A stretch of 62,798 nucleotides of DNA, counting the filler, from Dugesia japonica (lineage: Eukaryota): assembly GCA_001938525.1 (NCBI GenBank). It is 4 parts of 4 records of this genome, joined end to end, with 100 filler letters (N's around TTAATTAATTAA, not from the genome) between each part and the next. Parts side by side here need not be neighbours in the genome. Positions count along the whole stretch, not along the records: positions 1 to 14,846 come from MQRL01642590.1; 3 more parts are not named here. One strand, given 5' to 3'. Of this stretch, positions 1 through 12,316 are shown in pieces (position 1 is the first letter of the stretch; every line of letters starts with the position of its first letter). A program made the translations under genes and the position numbers. The notes under the pieces were generated by a model that did not search any database, was not told where the DNA came from, and worked only from the letters and a program-made list of their open reading frames with translations.

Positions 1-129
1 GAAAACAGCGAACAAAAGAAAAACAATTACAGTCGACATGCTGAAAAGCATAATAAAAGACCTTGCTAAAAACTATTCGTTGAAGATATATCAAATAATG
101 CAAAAAAAATAAATAATGGATAGATCCGG

Positions 130-280
130 AATGAAAAGTCAAATATATAAATTATTATTGGGGATGCATCCTTTACTCAACTTGAAATATCACAAAAAAT
201 GTCCATGGACGGGGCTGAAATACCTAAAAGCAGTGTATGTTGCATTCTAAAAGAAATAGATTTTACTAGGAAACGACCAG
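130..280 (+). pseudogene. Tc1/IS630-like transposase HTH remnant
   Basis: Manual translation IIGDASFTQLEISQKMSMDGAEIPKSSVCCILKEIDFTRKRP resembles the winged HTH plus 'TRKR' linker of IS630/Tc1 transposases; surrounded by stops. Confidence 0.45.
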
Positions 281-384
281 TTTTAAATATATTTTGAAAA
301 AGTTTAAATATATTTTCAAACTTTTTAAATAAATTACTGCAAAAACCTGTATTATGACACGAGAAAATGTTAAGATTTTACTAC

Positions 385-1406
385 TTTCAACCAGTAATCT
401 TCGCTCATAAATGTAATCGATGCTCCTGAATACCATTACATTTTTAATTTTACTCTAATAAATTCCATTCTGTTACGCAATCTTCTGTCATCTTTCTCAT
501 ACATTTCTATTCTGTATTCATCATTTTCAAACGGCTGATCTCTTATTGTGCAACTCCACTGACGAAATGTATGCAATGGAGTTGTCCTGGGTTTTATTTG
601 ATAATGTCAAGCATAGCAAAATTGTCTTCATCTTACGTCTGTATCAATTACTTCTCCTGGATGCATATTTTTTTATTTCCGCTATTCACTCAAACTTTCA
701 AAAATAACGTTGTGTTCAGTTTGCGGCATATCAAACATGTCGTTTAATAGTAACGAATGAGTTCATGTTCACCACAACAGTTATTGTTTAATAAACCCTG
801 TCGTAATATTTCTTTTCGTGATAATAGTAATACTATTATTCCAGTAAGATGAAATCTTGAAAAATATTTCATCAAAACGGTCAGTTTTACTCTCAAATTA
901 CACAGTCTCTTCTACGAAATAACCTATTGTCATATTCTCTCGTATTTTCATGATATGCTTACATTTCTGTTCGTGCTTGTCCGTATCGTAGTTCTTGACT
1001 GTCTTGAGCTATTATCTCATCACTACTACGGTAGCTTTTAACTCATTTGAATAACTCTTCATCTGTACTATATAAATCTCAATATATGTACTTTACATAT
1101 CTTCATCGCCAATAACGCGTTGAAAAGTTTTATAACTTTACACAAAGTTTAATACGTCAGATTTTTAAACAAAACTTGTATTATATTATATAACAAATGT
1201 TGTACAACATTTTCGAAATATGCACCAAAACTATTGATACAATTATGCCATCTTAATGGCAACAAGTTTATTTTAGCAGCAAAAACGTCTGGTGATATAG
1301 TAACTATAAAATCACAAAAAGAGTTTTTTGCATTATATTTTTTCTGTTGACATTAATTAAATCCTGAGTCTTCTTTGTTACGGCTTCTACGATAATATAA
1401 TATTCT
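385..1406 (-). mobile_element. Degenerate Ty3/gypsy gag-protease remnant, probably continuing at 3658-3710 beyond the mini-Polinton
   Basis: Minus strand shows TCLICRKL (eroded zinc knuckle, ~720-742) and SGASITFMSEDYW (aspartic protease-like, ~392-430), paralleling CLICGKEGH and DSGSFVSVMSEEIW in the gypsy at 10.8-12.3 kb. PBS-like AACTGGCA on minus at 3701-3708. Confidence 0.4.
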
Positions 1407-1878
1407 AGTAGGTGGTTAGGTGCAGACACGATATGAAGTGACGCAATCACCGTTCACGCCTCTTTGTGTAAACAATAATAGGTGTGAATTTTCATACCTT
1501 TGAGGTTAATTTTCACGCCTTTAAATAAACAATTTATTATTTTTTTAGTGCGAATTTTATATTATTTTTTATGTTTTTTTAAATGTGATAATTTCAAGCA
1601 TTGTGCATTTTGCATAAATTTATAAAAACATTATTGTTATTATTTAAATGTTTTTGTTCAAACTTCACACATTATTTTTATGGGCGTGTTAAATTTCACA
1701 ACTTATTATTTTTTATTAACGTTTGAATTTTCACACTTCAAAAGCATATAATTATTATTAATATTACTATTATTGAATTTTGGTTGTTTTTTGAATGTGT
1801 GAAACGTTACACCTTCAGCTTGAACTTTCACATCCAAATCTAAATATTTTTTTGTAGCGTAAATTTTCACACTTTAAT
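1407..1878 (+). repeat. Left TIR (~470 bp) of mini-Polinton
   Basis: Near-identical reverse complement of 3206-3657; many TTCACAC/GTGTGAA sub-repeats. Confidence 0.9.
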
Positions 1879-1888
1879 GTAAGCCCTT

Positions 1889-2200
1889 TTGAAGCTTCAC
1901 ATTCTATTCAAAGAAGCATCATTAACACTAAATAATGTAAAGGTTGAAGATACAAATGATACGTATATGCAAAAGGCGGTAATTGAAGCTGCATTGAAAT
2001 TTGGATTGGATACAAAAAACACTTTTCTTGAAACCATTCATAAAGAAGATGACAAGAGGAAAGGTTGGATTAAAACGTCTGCAAAGCTAATGCTCTGTGC
2101 ACTTAATTTGGATTTCTTTGACCAACCAAAGTATTTATTGCCGGGAATCAATTTGACAATCAAATTGACGAGAAATGTTGGTTCGGAAATTTACAAATAA
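1889..2200 (+). pseudogene. Polinton major capsid protein fragment
   Basis: LNLDFFDQPKYLLPGINLTIKLTRN matches the Polinton MCP motif (LhxDlFxQxkyLlnGvdlxlxLxR); internally deleted. Confidence 0.7.
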
Positions 2201-2224
2201 ACCAAGGGTACTGAAACAATTGAG

Positions 2225-2512
2225 ATGAATCCACAACCGTATATTATAGACTTTTTACAAAATGGATGCTATGTGATCAATACGCATACATCGAATTTGG
2301 ATGGTGAGCATTGGATTGCTATACAGGTTAAACCAAATATTATTCGTGTATTTGATCTAATGAGTGTGTTTTATACAACATTGCTGGTAACAAAATTAGA
2401 GCATGTACAACAGCGTGTCGAATAAAATCAAATTATGTATCAGAATCCATTGACATTTCTATGTAGACAATATTGTATTGAATGGCTTAAAAGCCACTAT
2501 AAACAATGTTAA
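2225..2512 (+). pseudogene. Adenain-like cysteine protease of Polinton
   Basis: YVINTHTSNLDGEHWIAI...VFD, then after an in-frame stop YQNPLTFLCRQYC (His, Asp and Gln/Cys motifs of adenain-type proteases). Confidence 0.8.
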
Positions 2513-2536
2513 TGTGATTATCAATAAATATTCCAA

Positions 2537-3015
2537 ATGCCTGTGATTTTTATTGATTTTGAAGCCTTTCTGGATAATAATGGTGACTATTTAATTAAAG
2601 AATTATGTATAATGGATGTGGATAATATTCTTCAACCGTTTTATTACATGTTTTCCATGACGGAATCAATGGGTCGTTTACCAAGATCTGCTCAAACAAC
2701 TAATGAGTACTTACGGCTCTAGTGTCATCATCTCAGGTGGATTGATGGAGATTGTAAATTTGATCCATCTGAATACTTAATGACTTGAAAGCCATTTCAA
2801 ACGATGCGCTGTTTTATGTGAATGATCAGGTAAATAAAAAGAAAATAAATACTCTCAAACATATTTTTCGAATCGTCAAATTGTCAATTATAACTCTGAA
2901 GAGCCTCCTCATATAAATATACCGGTTAATATTTTTTGTCCACATTATAATCATGGATATTATTGTACTTTATCTGTGTGTATTAACTGTGTGTACATTA
3001 TCTGTCGTCATGTAA
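2537..3015 (+). pseudogene. Polinton-associated DEDD/exonuclease-like ORF, disrupted
   Basis: IFIDFEAF...YLIKELC...TNEYL...HHLRWIDGD and a C-terminal CPHYNHGYYC. This pattern recurs in Polinton accessory ORFs; stop at 2720-2722. Confidence 0.55.
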
Positions 3016-3045
3016 ATAAATATTTCTTTCAGTTTTTTGATATTG

Positions 3046-3081
<36 letters not shown>

Positions 3082-3205
3082 GTGAATTATATGAGAAAAT
3101 ACAATAGTATGATTAAAACAAATAAATATTTGAGGCTCATCATTTTTTAAAAAATATTTTAAAAGTTAAAGTTAGCGTCAAAGTTGTCAAAGTTCACAGT
3201 TTAAT

Positions 3206-3657
3206 ATTAAAGTGTGAAAATTTACGCTACAAAAAAAAATATTTAGATTTGGATGTGAAAGTTAAAGCCAAAGGTGTGAACCAAAATTCAATAATAATAA
3301 TATTAATAATAATTATATGCTTTTGAAGTGTGAAAATTCAAACGTTAATAAAAAATAATAAGTTGTGAAATTTACCACGCCATAAAAAAATAATGTGTGA
3401 AGTTTAAACAAAAACATTTAAATAATAACAATAATGTTTTTATATATTTATGCAAAATGCACAATGCTTGAAGTTATCACAGTTAAAAAAACATAAAAAA
3501 TAATATAAAATTCGCACTAAAAAAATAATCAATTGTTTATTTAAAGGCGTGAAAATAAACCTCAAAGGATGAAAATTCACACCTATTATTTTTTACACAA
3601 AGAGGCGTGAACGGTGATTGCGTCACTTCATATCGTGTCTGCACCTAACCACCTACT
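3206..3657 (-). repeat. Right TIR of mini-Polinton
   Basis: Reverse complement of 1407-1878; preceded by (AAT)n at ~3047-3080. Confidence 0.9.
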
Positions 3658-4530
3658 TCTGCTGTTAGTATGTCACAAACATCGACATTTTCAGCGTATT
3701 TGCCAGTTACGTTACTTTCATAATCTAATTTCATTAAATAAATTCTAAACTGCATTTAAAGTTAAATAATAATAATGAATTACTTTTGATTGTTTTGAAA
3801 TCACTAGTCTGGTTTGGTCTGATTTTATAAATTTCGGCTAAATCATAAAAATAATATGATAAAGAATCAAATCAAAATGAAAGAACGTCATTTAACTAAA
3901 TATTTATTTGCTGTAATTAATTTTGACGAAATAACGGTCATCGTCATGCAATTAATGATTATTAAATAAAACTATTTAAAAAGTTTAGATGATTATATAA
4001 TTTTAATTATGCAATCACAATAAATAATTAATAAAATAATTTTAAGAGCAATATTGAATCCGTAAACTAAACATTGATTTTGGAATATAATCCCCTTATC
4101 AACAAAGCTTCACACATCACTCTCTTACAATAATTATTAAAGCCCCTGCATAAGATTTTAATATCAGACAGCCTATTGAATTTATACATTTTAATTAAAT
4201 AAAATTATCATATTATTTTCTTTATTACTGTGGTAAAATAAGTTTTACGTGAGATGAATTTTTAATAAAATCTACAGCAATTTTGTTGAGAAGTTTACAA
4301 ATTTCACGGAAATATCTATAATTTTTAATAACTTTACTAAAATATAGCATTTTTATACAAATTGTATGCTGTTCTTATTGATATGCATTGATTCTATAAT
4401 AATAAAATATTGATTTTACCCGTATGTATGTTGCGATTGATGTGACCCGTATGATTATTGTTAATTANATAATATATTTCTCGAATCATGGCATCACTTA
4501 TATACCCCATNTTTAAGAAAGCAATTAGTG

Positions 4531-4649
4531 TGTAATTATCACTTATTATAATATAATTTTATTAAATTCGATTTAGGTAAATTTATAGATACTATAAATT
4601 TACCTAAATCGAATTTAATAAAATTATATTATAATAAGTGATAATTACA
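4531..4649. repeat. Perfect palindrome, 58-bp arms, 3-nt loop
   Basis: 4531-4588 is the exact reverse complement of 4592-4649; loop ATA. Confidence 0.95.
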
Positions 4650-5466
4650 TAGCGACCGTTTCTAAGATAACTATTGCGTACAGTATTTTTTTTATTGTGA
4701 TCATTGTAAAAATTATAAATAGACAAATTTTCAGTCATTATTTTTCTCAAAATTTCAAACATTATTCAATCAATAGTTTGCGAAAATTATAGATATTGCC
4801 AATCACAAATTCATGATGACTGTCATGAAATGATCGATCTATATTACAAGCTTAAGATAAAAAAGAAATGTATTTTATGTTTTCCCGATTTGCAAGACAG
4901 CAGAAGTGAGTTTTTATATGGCCTTTTACTAGAGGCATAAGCATTATCTAGTAGCGTTTAAAGTTTCAAATAAATCAAAGTCAAAAATGAGTGACAAGAG
5001 TATAAAATACTTTGAAAAATACAATCAAGATGAACTAATTAATCAAATGACAAATAATCACGATGAATCCGTGAATCGAATTCTATGTAATCAAGTTAAA
5101 TCAATGTATCAAATAATTTAACAAGAAAAATAATATAAATTTCTTTAAAACCATCCAAGCGCAACTACAAGTGTCAAAAGATGACACGTATCATGAATGT
5201 AAGTCATATGGAGATCCGTTTCGATATGAACAGAAACAATACTAGAAAGATCATGCTTCCATATAGTTTTTTGAATAAAGTAGATGTGACGAAGCTAAAA
5301 AACTCTAGCATTGTAAAGTGTCCATGGACTAAAGATACAGTTAGAAAATCCTGATGGTAAAACAAAATAGTGGTATATTTTACATAAGGCGGTGGAATAC
5401 AATCCAGATTTTATTGATGCACTTTCTCCAATATTAGTAAAGAAGATAGAGAATTATACTCAGATA

Positions 5467-5820
5467 GGAAGTTGATGGAAAATAGTCAAAGTACTTCAAT
5501 ATTATCTTAAGGTATGCAGGATTAGTCCAATACCATATCTTTATGGACGAAGTTATATGAAATCGCCAGAATCATATGAAAAATTGAATTCAAAAATCAA
5601 TGTCCAGAATAAAGACAAATTGTGGTTTTTTTTCAGTATCCTAGCTGTAAAAAATTATTCAAATATAACAAATGGCTGAAAAAGTGTCAGCAAACATGTG
5701 TCATATTTACCAGATCTCAATTATTCCACAGAAAATATGTCAATGAAGATCAAAAACATTCCCTCATTAGAGAGAAATAATCCAAAATGTGCATTCACTA
5801 TCTTCACATACAAAAATAAT
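5467..5820 (+). pseudogene. Protein-primed DNA polymerase B, N-terminal region
   Basis: GS*WKIVKVLQLYLKVCRISP...GRSYMKSP...INVQNKDKLWFFFSILA and LNYSTENMSMKIKNIPSLERNN match Polinton pPolB motifs (GSGW...GSSY...INVQNxDxxCFxWSILA; KDIPKFEKxN). Confidence 0.75.
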
Positions 5821-5947
5821 ACAGACATATTTCCTGGAGCATCAGAACCATTTTTATTATTGATTTCAATATATATTTCATTTATTCAAATGAATAATAA
5901 TTATATACAAAAATAATATAAATAAAATCAACAAAATTAAATTTTTT

Positions 5948-6090
5948 CAATTACAATTATTCCGAGAATAATTGTTGGACGTAACCATTTTTCGTTTTTC
6001 TCAATTCATTAAAAAAAAGCTTCAATCAAAATTTGTTTATTTTAAAAAATAATTCAAAATAATTTTGATCGAAGCTTTTACTTTAAAAAT
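5948..6090. repeat. Foldback family copy A (short palindrome, no hammerhead)
   Basis: Tail CAATTACAATTATTCCGAGAATAATTGTTGGACGTAACC followed by arms AAAAGCTTCAATCAAAATT / AATTTTGATCGAAGCTTTT. Confidence 0.8.
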
Positions 6091-6569
6091 TAAATTGTTA
6101 GAAATTCTAAATAACAATAACTTATAGATTTTATATTCCTGAAAATTGATGGATTATAAATATAATCTATTGTAATTATTAGGCGGAGCCCCTGAGACAA
6201 GGTGGCGTATCACCGGTTAGAAATTATTGCACTAGGTACAAATTAAATTTCATTGCTTCTTTTGGGTTACTAGACCTTTTGATGTTACGACAAATTACTA
6301 TCGTGATTGATGTTTCTTTTCATTATCATGGTTATCTTTTCTGTCTGGAGGATGATACCTAGTAACGACATAAATTTGCTTTGTTTTCGCTAGCAACACG
6401 ATCTACCATTCCCGAGTTCAGCGGGACAATACGGTATCCCGTCTTATGTTTTCAATTTTTTCTTCATCTAGCTCTCGATTCAAGAAAGGTGTTATTCGCT
6501 ATTTATTCATGTTTAAAATAAAAATTCCAAGAAACATTTCGTAAAAAATTTTATTTCTGGTGATAGTTT

Positions 6570-7425
6570 TTATTCATCTATATTGATTATATCATTTGGT
6601 TTATATGTTACGATCTCGTTTTCGGGCTTTAATGCTTGTGCTAAGGTTCGAACTGTTGCTATTATGACGCTCTCTCTATCCGCGTAGATCTTATTGATGT
6701 CGGCTATTGCCTGAGATGTCTGAGACAGTGAGAGGTCACGTTCATGTAACCTGGCATTCTTCTCGTGCAGGGCGGAGTTTTTTCGCTGTAATTCCACTAT
6801 CTCGCTTTGCAATTTTCTCTGGATGGAGCTCCACTTCTTCCTGATGTCCTTGAGTGAGGTATCGGTTAATTTTCTAGGGTTTGACTCTGAAATTATTAAT
6901 GAATGGCATTCCGGTAATGTTAGTATAATGCATTTATATTATCTATCCACTTTATATTATTTTATGAACAATGCAATTAAAAATTAAGTAATATGATTAA
7001 TTACATAAGCCAATTTAAATAATAAAAGATCATAAATATAAAACTATATTATATTTCAATAAAGATGGAATCACACAATATGTTCAATAATATCAGTATA
7101 ATCGAATGATGTAAGCACCTGTTGTAGATAATCGCTCCGATAACTTCGTATATTTTTCTGCTTTCAATTAGGTCGATCTCATTGATTAAATGACATGCTA
7201 CTGGTGATTAGCTAGTTCTGTCGTTCGTATTAGAAGTTTTACAAGCTCTGTTTTTCGTTCTTCTTGATACTGAGTGAACTCGGCTAGTTGCTGATGGTAA
7301 CATTGTTCCTGTTGGTCGACTTTAAGTTCCAAATTCTCAATGGTCTTAAACTTTTGTTGGAGCGCATCTTTCTGATGAGCCATTTGCTTCTTCAAATCAA
7401 TGATTTGTAACTTCTTCTGTCGCAC
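6570..7425 (-). pseudogene. Unknown coiled-coil protein, possibly spliced, inside Polinton remnant
   Basis: Two Q/E/K/L-rich heptad-like ORFs (7198-7425; 6570 to ~6875) separated by an AT-rich spacer with a CCCTAG acceptor on the minus strand; stop overlaps AATAAA. Confidence 0.4.
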
Positions 7426-8433
7426 TTAATCTTGCGTGATCCACCATGGATCTGTATCGCTTCCAAATTTGCCAATAGAATTTAATTTTTCAGGCATGTT
7501 CATACATAGATCTGCTGAGAAGTAACATCCTTAATCTTTCAACAACTTGAAGTCATTGCTTTAGTTAAATACCTGGTCATTTTTGATAATATTTCAATTT
7601 TATTTTGCTAATCATATCTTCTTCAATTAATTTAATCCTTTCAACATTCATATTTCTTAATAATTCAATTTCGGCTTTATTTAACTTCTCATCTATTTTA
7701 AAATTTATTCGCTTGATCAATTGATTTGTCTAATTTCTATTTTAACAATCAATTAATTCATGGATGATTTAATCGTATTTATTCTTTCTGCATTATTTCT
7801 TTTTCGGTTCTGATTTTATTATGTTTTCGTTGTTTTTCAAAGTTTTTTTCTCATGATTTACTCATTTTATTTAGAGCTATCTTTTTCTTACTGGGCTGTT
7901 TCAGCCCAACTAATTACTGGAGGCCCACAAAAAATTAGCACCGGAATTTCTTCAAATTCCTTTGGTTCCGTGCCATTTTATTTCATCATTTATTCTTACT
8001 TGATTTACTTTTTAAACTCGCCTTTCTCGTATGTGGTAGTGATTGAAAAATATTCTATCAGACAAGACTTCTGGTTGGTCATACAGAAAGGTAACTAAAG
8101 AAATAAGCAAATTGTTAACATACTTTTACTATAAATATTTATTAGCAAATTTAACCAATTCAAATGGTCACAAATTACCAAATTATTGTCAGCTGGATCA
8201 CATTTTGCACGAAATTAAAGTCTATAATTAATGTTACTAAATTTCTTACTCAAGAACTCGCATTTTGTCGAAGAGAATTGTCACAGATATGCTCTCGGAC
8301 AACCGCGATATTGGGTTCTGATGGGAAAATTTTGTTGAGTTATAGGATAGCCGAGATTTTGCTACTTGGAAATTGAAATATTTATGATATCAATGCAGAG
8401 CAGCCTGGATTGTATGATCGTAATTTAAACTAT

Positions 8434-9060
8434 TCATGAGTTGGAGATCAGATACATGACTATGGTTTGTCTCGTGTTGAATTTCGAGATTTGAAAGACT
8501 TCATCACTCCAATAATTATTAAAGTTATTAATGAATAGTGTAGTGCCAATTCGAGAAATCCGTACATGTTGACCAATTAAATGTTTTGGTTTTAGTTTTT
8601 TATTGATGAAATACTGTGTATAATCATCAACATCTGTAACATGTTCAGATTTTGTTCCTCCAATACCTCTTTGCTCAAAATGGTTGCATGCATAAATCAT
8701 TTTTGGTAAAACCTGTATCCATTTTTTGTTACTTTGTTTGGTAAAGAACTTGTTTAATTGTGTGCGTAATGTTCGATTAAATCGCTCAACTAGAGCAGCC
8801 CTGTACTGATAAAATACTAAATAGTGCAGTATACTATATAGTTTCAGTAATGATTGAACCTGAATATTGTAAAACTTTTTACCCAAATCGTTTGAATAGC
8901 TTTCGGATGAAAATCTTAGAAAATTGCCCTCAAAGCCAACAACATAATTTTACCAGATTTTTGTTTAACTTGAACTGCACTGGCAAATCTACTTAATACA
9001 TCAACACATGTTAAAATATATCTATAATCATTATTTATGCTTGCATATATAATTAGTCCA
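8434..9060 (-). pseudogene. Polinton retroviral-like (rve) integrase
   Basis: YRYILTCVDVLSRFASAVQVKQKSG, GKKFYN, AALVERFNRTL, KKWIQVLPKMIYACN, IGQHVRIS...NYWSDEVFQI; frameshifted. Confidence 0.85.
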
Positions 9061-9099
9061 TCTAAACCACTTGTCATAGTTTGTTAACTCCGGCAACAA

Positions 9100-9610
9100 T
9101 ATATTTGCGTGTTGGAAACTGTTGGAGATTACTTAAATTATACATAAAGCTGGGAACTCAGGTAACAACTGTCCATAGGATAATCAGATTCCAGGAGACG
9201 GAAATATTTGCTAATTATATCAATGCGAATTCAGCAAGAAGAGCGGTATCACATACAAAATTTGAAAAGGACTTTTATAAATTGTTGAGCAATGCGCTCT
9301 ATGGAAAGACGGTGGCGAATCTGAAGAAAATAATGAATCTTCTGCTACAGTTTTAAGAAAGAAGATGATGATGCATCAACGAAGGCAAAGGGAATCAGTT
9401 TAAAGCAAACTGATATACAACATCAAAATTACTTGTATTCATATAACAATGAAGACGGTGGAGGAGATATAAAAGTTAATCAGACCAGTTTCCGGTCAAT
9501 CAACCATCAATTATTTACGGTGGAAAGAAACGTTCGTTATCATGTCTGGATGACAAACGTTTTTGGATTGAAAAAAGTAAGAGTATGGCCTATGGTCACT
9601 ATGAAATTAA
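9100..9610 (+). pseudogene. pPolB palm (motif B) and C-terminus fragments
   Basis: LKLYIKLG...HRIIRF...FEKDFYKLLSNALYGKTVAN (KxxxNxxYGK), then KAKGI...FRSINHQLFTVE...DDKRFWI...AYGHY. Confidence 0.9.
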
Positions 9611-9989
9611 TAATTAATTAATCAAATGTTAATTAATAAAATAAAAATAATCACTGTTTTATATGAACTGCTGAGCTCAGAATCCAATCCAGAAAAAAAA
9701 TATAACATTGTTGTTGTTATAATTGTGTATATTGAAAAAAATGTTTTTGTCATTTTATTTGTTGTCTTTTATTTATTGATTTTGATATATTTTGAGAAAA
9801 ATATAATATTTGATTTAATGAAAGTTCTTTAATATCTAAAAAAGGAATATGAGTAGAAAAGACTTCTTTTAAATAATATATTAGAATCTTTATTAAATAT
9901 TAAGTGTTTTAAATAATAAAACTTTTAGAGGTAATGATAATAATTATATTATTGATAATTATAATTAGTATTTCTTTTGATAAAAGTTT

Positions 9990-9990
9990 A

Positions 9991-10042
<52 letters not shown>

Positions 10043-10092
10043 NNNNNNNNNNNNNNNNNNNNNNNNNNNNNNNNNNNNNNNNNNNNNNNNNN

Positions 10093-10164
<72 letters not shown>

Positions 10165-10170
10165 TAATAA
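9990..10170. repeat. (AAT)n microsatellite spanning a gap
   Basis: Direct reading; N run inside. Confidence 0.9.
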
Positions 10171-10795
10171 TATTAATAATTTCATATAGATAAAAAAAAC
10201 TATTTGAGGCTCATCATATTATCATGTAAAAATTTTAAAGTTGGGGTGTGAAAGTTCACGCCAAAGGCGCGAAAACTCACCTTTTTCATTAAAGTGTGAA
10301 AGTTCACACCTTAAAAAGTATAATTAAATAATAACAATGAGGTTTTTTTTAATATTCCTACATCAATACAAATGATTAAGATTTGAAAGTTCATGCCAAA
10401 AGTGTAAAAATTCACACCTATAAAAAATTTTTAATAATAATAATAAATTTACACACCGATAAAAAATCATTGTTTACAATTAGGTGTGAAAATTGACGCT
10501 AAAAAAGTGAAAATTAACACATAAAAATATTTTAAATAAGAATAATGTATTTTATAAAGCTCAATGTGTCATGCTTTTAATTTTTAATAAATAAATAATA
10601 AATGAAATATTTTATTGTTAATTAAAACAAAACAAAAAAATAATTTGAGGTCAATTGAGTGTCAATTTATATGTTTATATTAAGGTGTGAAAGTTCACAC
10701 CAAAGGTGTCGATTTCACAGTTTACATTACGGTGTAAAATTTAACACCTCCGATAATGTAAACATCTTGATCTAGAAACCACCTAACCACCTACT

Positions 10796-12316
10796 TTTAT
10801 AACATCTTTTGGATCTATGAAATTGATCTCTTTTAATCCCATTCCAAACGCTTACATTATATCGATATCACCAATAAAATTTGGTCAAATGTCTTTAACA
10901 ATAATTATTTTTTTCTCAATATGCTTTTTATTCAAAAATAATTTAATTCTAGCTTTTCCTATACATTTTTCACTTTTCTCAGAAAATACTCTAGCTAGCA
11001 TTACATTAGATGAACCAATCTTCTTCCAAATTTCCTCACTCATCACTGAGACAAACGATCCAGAATCCTATAAAATCTCTACACTAAATCCATTACACTG
11101 CTCCAATTTTCTACCATCAAGTTTTTAATGCATCAGTTTAACATCAGGTCTCCTATCAATATCTTGATTTTCCTGTTTAAAATTATTTAATGCAACTTCA
11201 CTAGTGAGATGGACACAGCGGGTTGCTGGACATTTTTTTTATTATTTCCTAAGATATTTATTGCATCATGTTCAAAATCAATTACGGAGTCACATTCATT
11301 TAAGGATTCTTCCCTTTCTTGTTCTGCTATTCATAATATTCTTTGGTTATTGTGCCCTTTTTGTAATAATGCATAATTTCTGAAAGCGTGGCCTTCTTTA
11401 CCGCATATTAAACACATATTTTTGAAAGGATAGTTTATTCTTTTATGGTGTGTTTCTTCAAAGCAAAAACAAGCACCATGCTGTAGGAATTCTACTCTTG
11501 GAGGAGCTTTACTATGAGATCTATTATAAATGTTTGTTGCTACATATTTCAGAGAATTCTTTGGAAATTATCTTCTTTGTTCTACATTTATATCTTTTAT
11601 TTGTTGCATATTATTACCAATTCTTGAATCGTTTGTCGGTTTTCTAGATATTGTAGAATATTTTCTTTGTGATGAAAATATTGTCCTCTAATCATTTTCC
11701 AATTTATTAAATTTAGGTTCAAAACTTGATATCTTAACTGCACTTGCAAAGCTTTCGTTGACAACATTTACATTGCTTTTCGTACAAATTTATCAAGATT
11801 TGCAGCCAATTCTCGACGTTTTTCATCATTTAATTCTAGTTTGAGTGCAAAGGATTCTTTAAAATTCTCACTTCTTAAACCATTCAGAATAAAAACTCTT
11901 GATATTTTCTCTGGTGATCTTTTGCTTTCAAATATATCGTGAACAAGCTTTGTTACTCTTATTTCGAAATTCCGATATTTTTCATCAATTCTTTGTTTAA
12001 CTGATGATAGATCTAAAATTTTGTCAACCAGAGATTTTTCATTATTAAATGTTTATTGAAACCAACTTTCGCACGTTTCATTTGAATTGAGATCCTCGTT
12101 TTTGTTCGTTTCTTGCCACAATTCCTTGGCATCGTTCATAATAGCATATCAAATGCAAAAGAAATCCCAATTTGATTAAATATGGCAAATTCCTTAGTGG
12201 TTTGCATCCAATCTTCTGCAGTATCTGATGAACTATCAAAAAATGTATGCTTTGGAATCAGCATTACTTGCGTAGCTTGTGAAAGATTTTTAAAAATATT
12301 TTGTCGATGGTCGCCA
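10796..12316 (-). mobile_element. Ty3/gypsy 5' remnant (PBS, gag, protease)
   Basis: PBS-like TGGCGACC on minus (12309-12316); zinc knuckle CLICGKEGHAFRN (~11380-11415); protease DSGSFVSVMSEEIWKKIG (~11015-11068). Confidence 0.7.

Larger units (their letters stand above)
1407..3657 (+). mobile_element. Non-autonomous mini Polinton/Maverick with long TIRs
   Basis: Begins AGTAGGTGGTTAGGTGCAGACACGATATGAAGTGACG and ends with its reverse complement (...GCACCTAACCACCTACT). AG...CT termini are typical of Polintons. Internal capsid, protease and exonuclease-like fragments. Confidence 0.9.
4988..10795. mobile_element. Second, rearranged Polinton/Maverick remnant (left boundary undefined)
   Basis: pPolB and integrase fragments; (AAT)n plus GTGTGAAA-rich subterminal region 10190-10795 ending ACCTAACCACCTACT, identical to the last 15 bp of the mini-Polinton. 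TATTTGAGGCTCATC is shared at ~3127 and 10201. Confidence 0.8.

Noticed and set aside
9988-10185. Poly-Y/L/I ORF and other ORFs containing X runs or (GA)n/(TA)n
   Set aside because: Translations of microsatellites and gaps.
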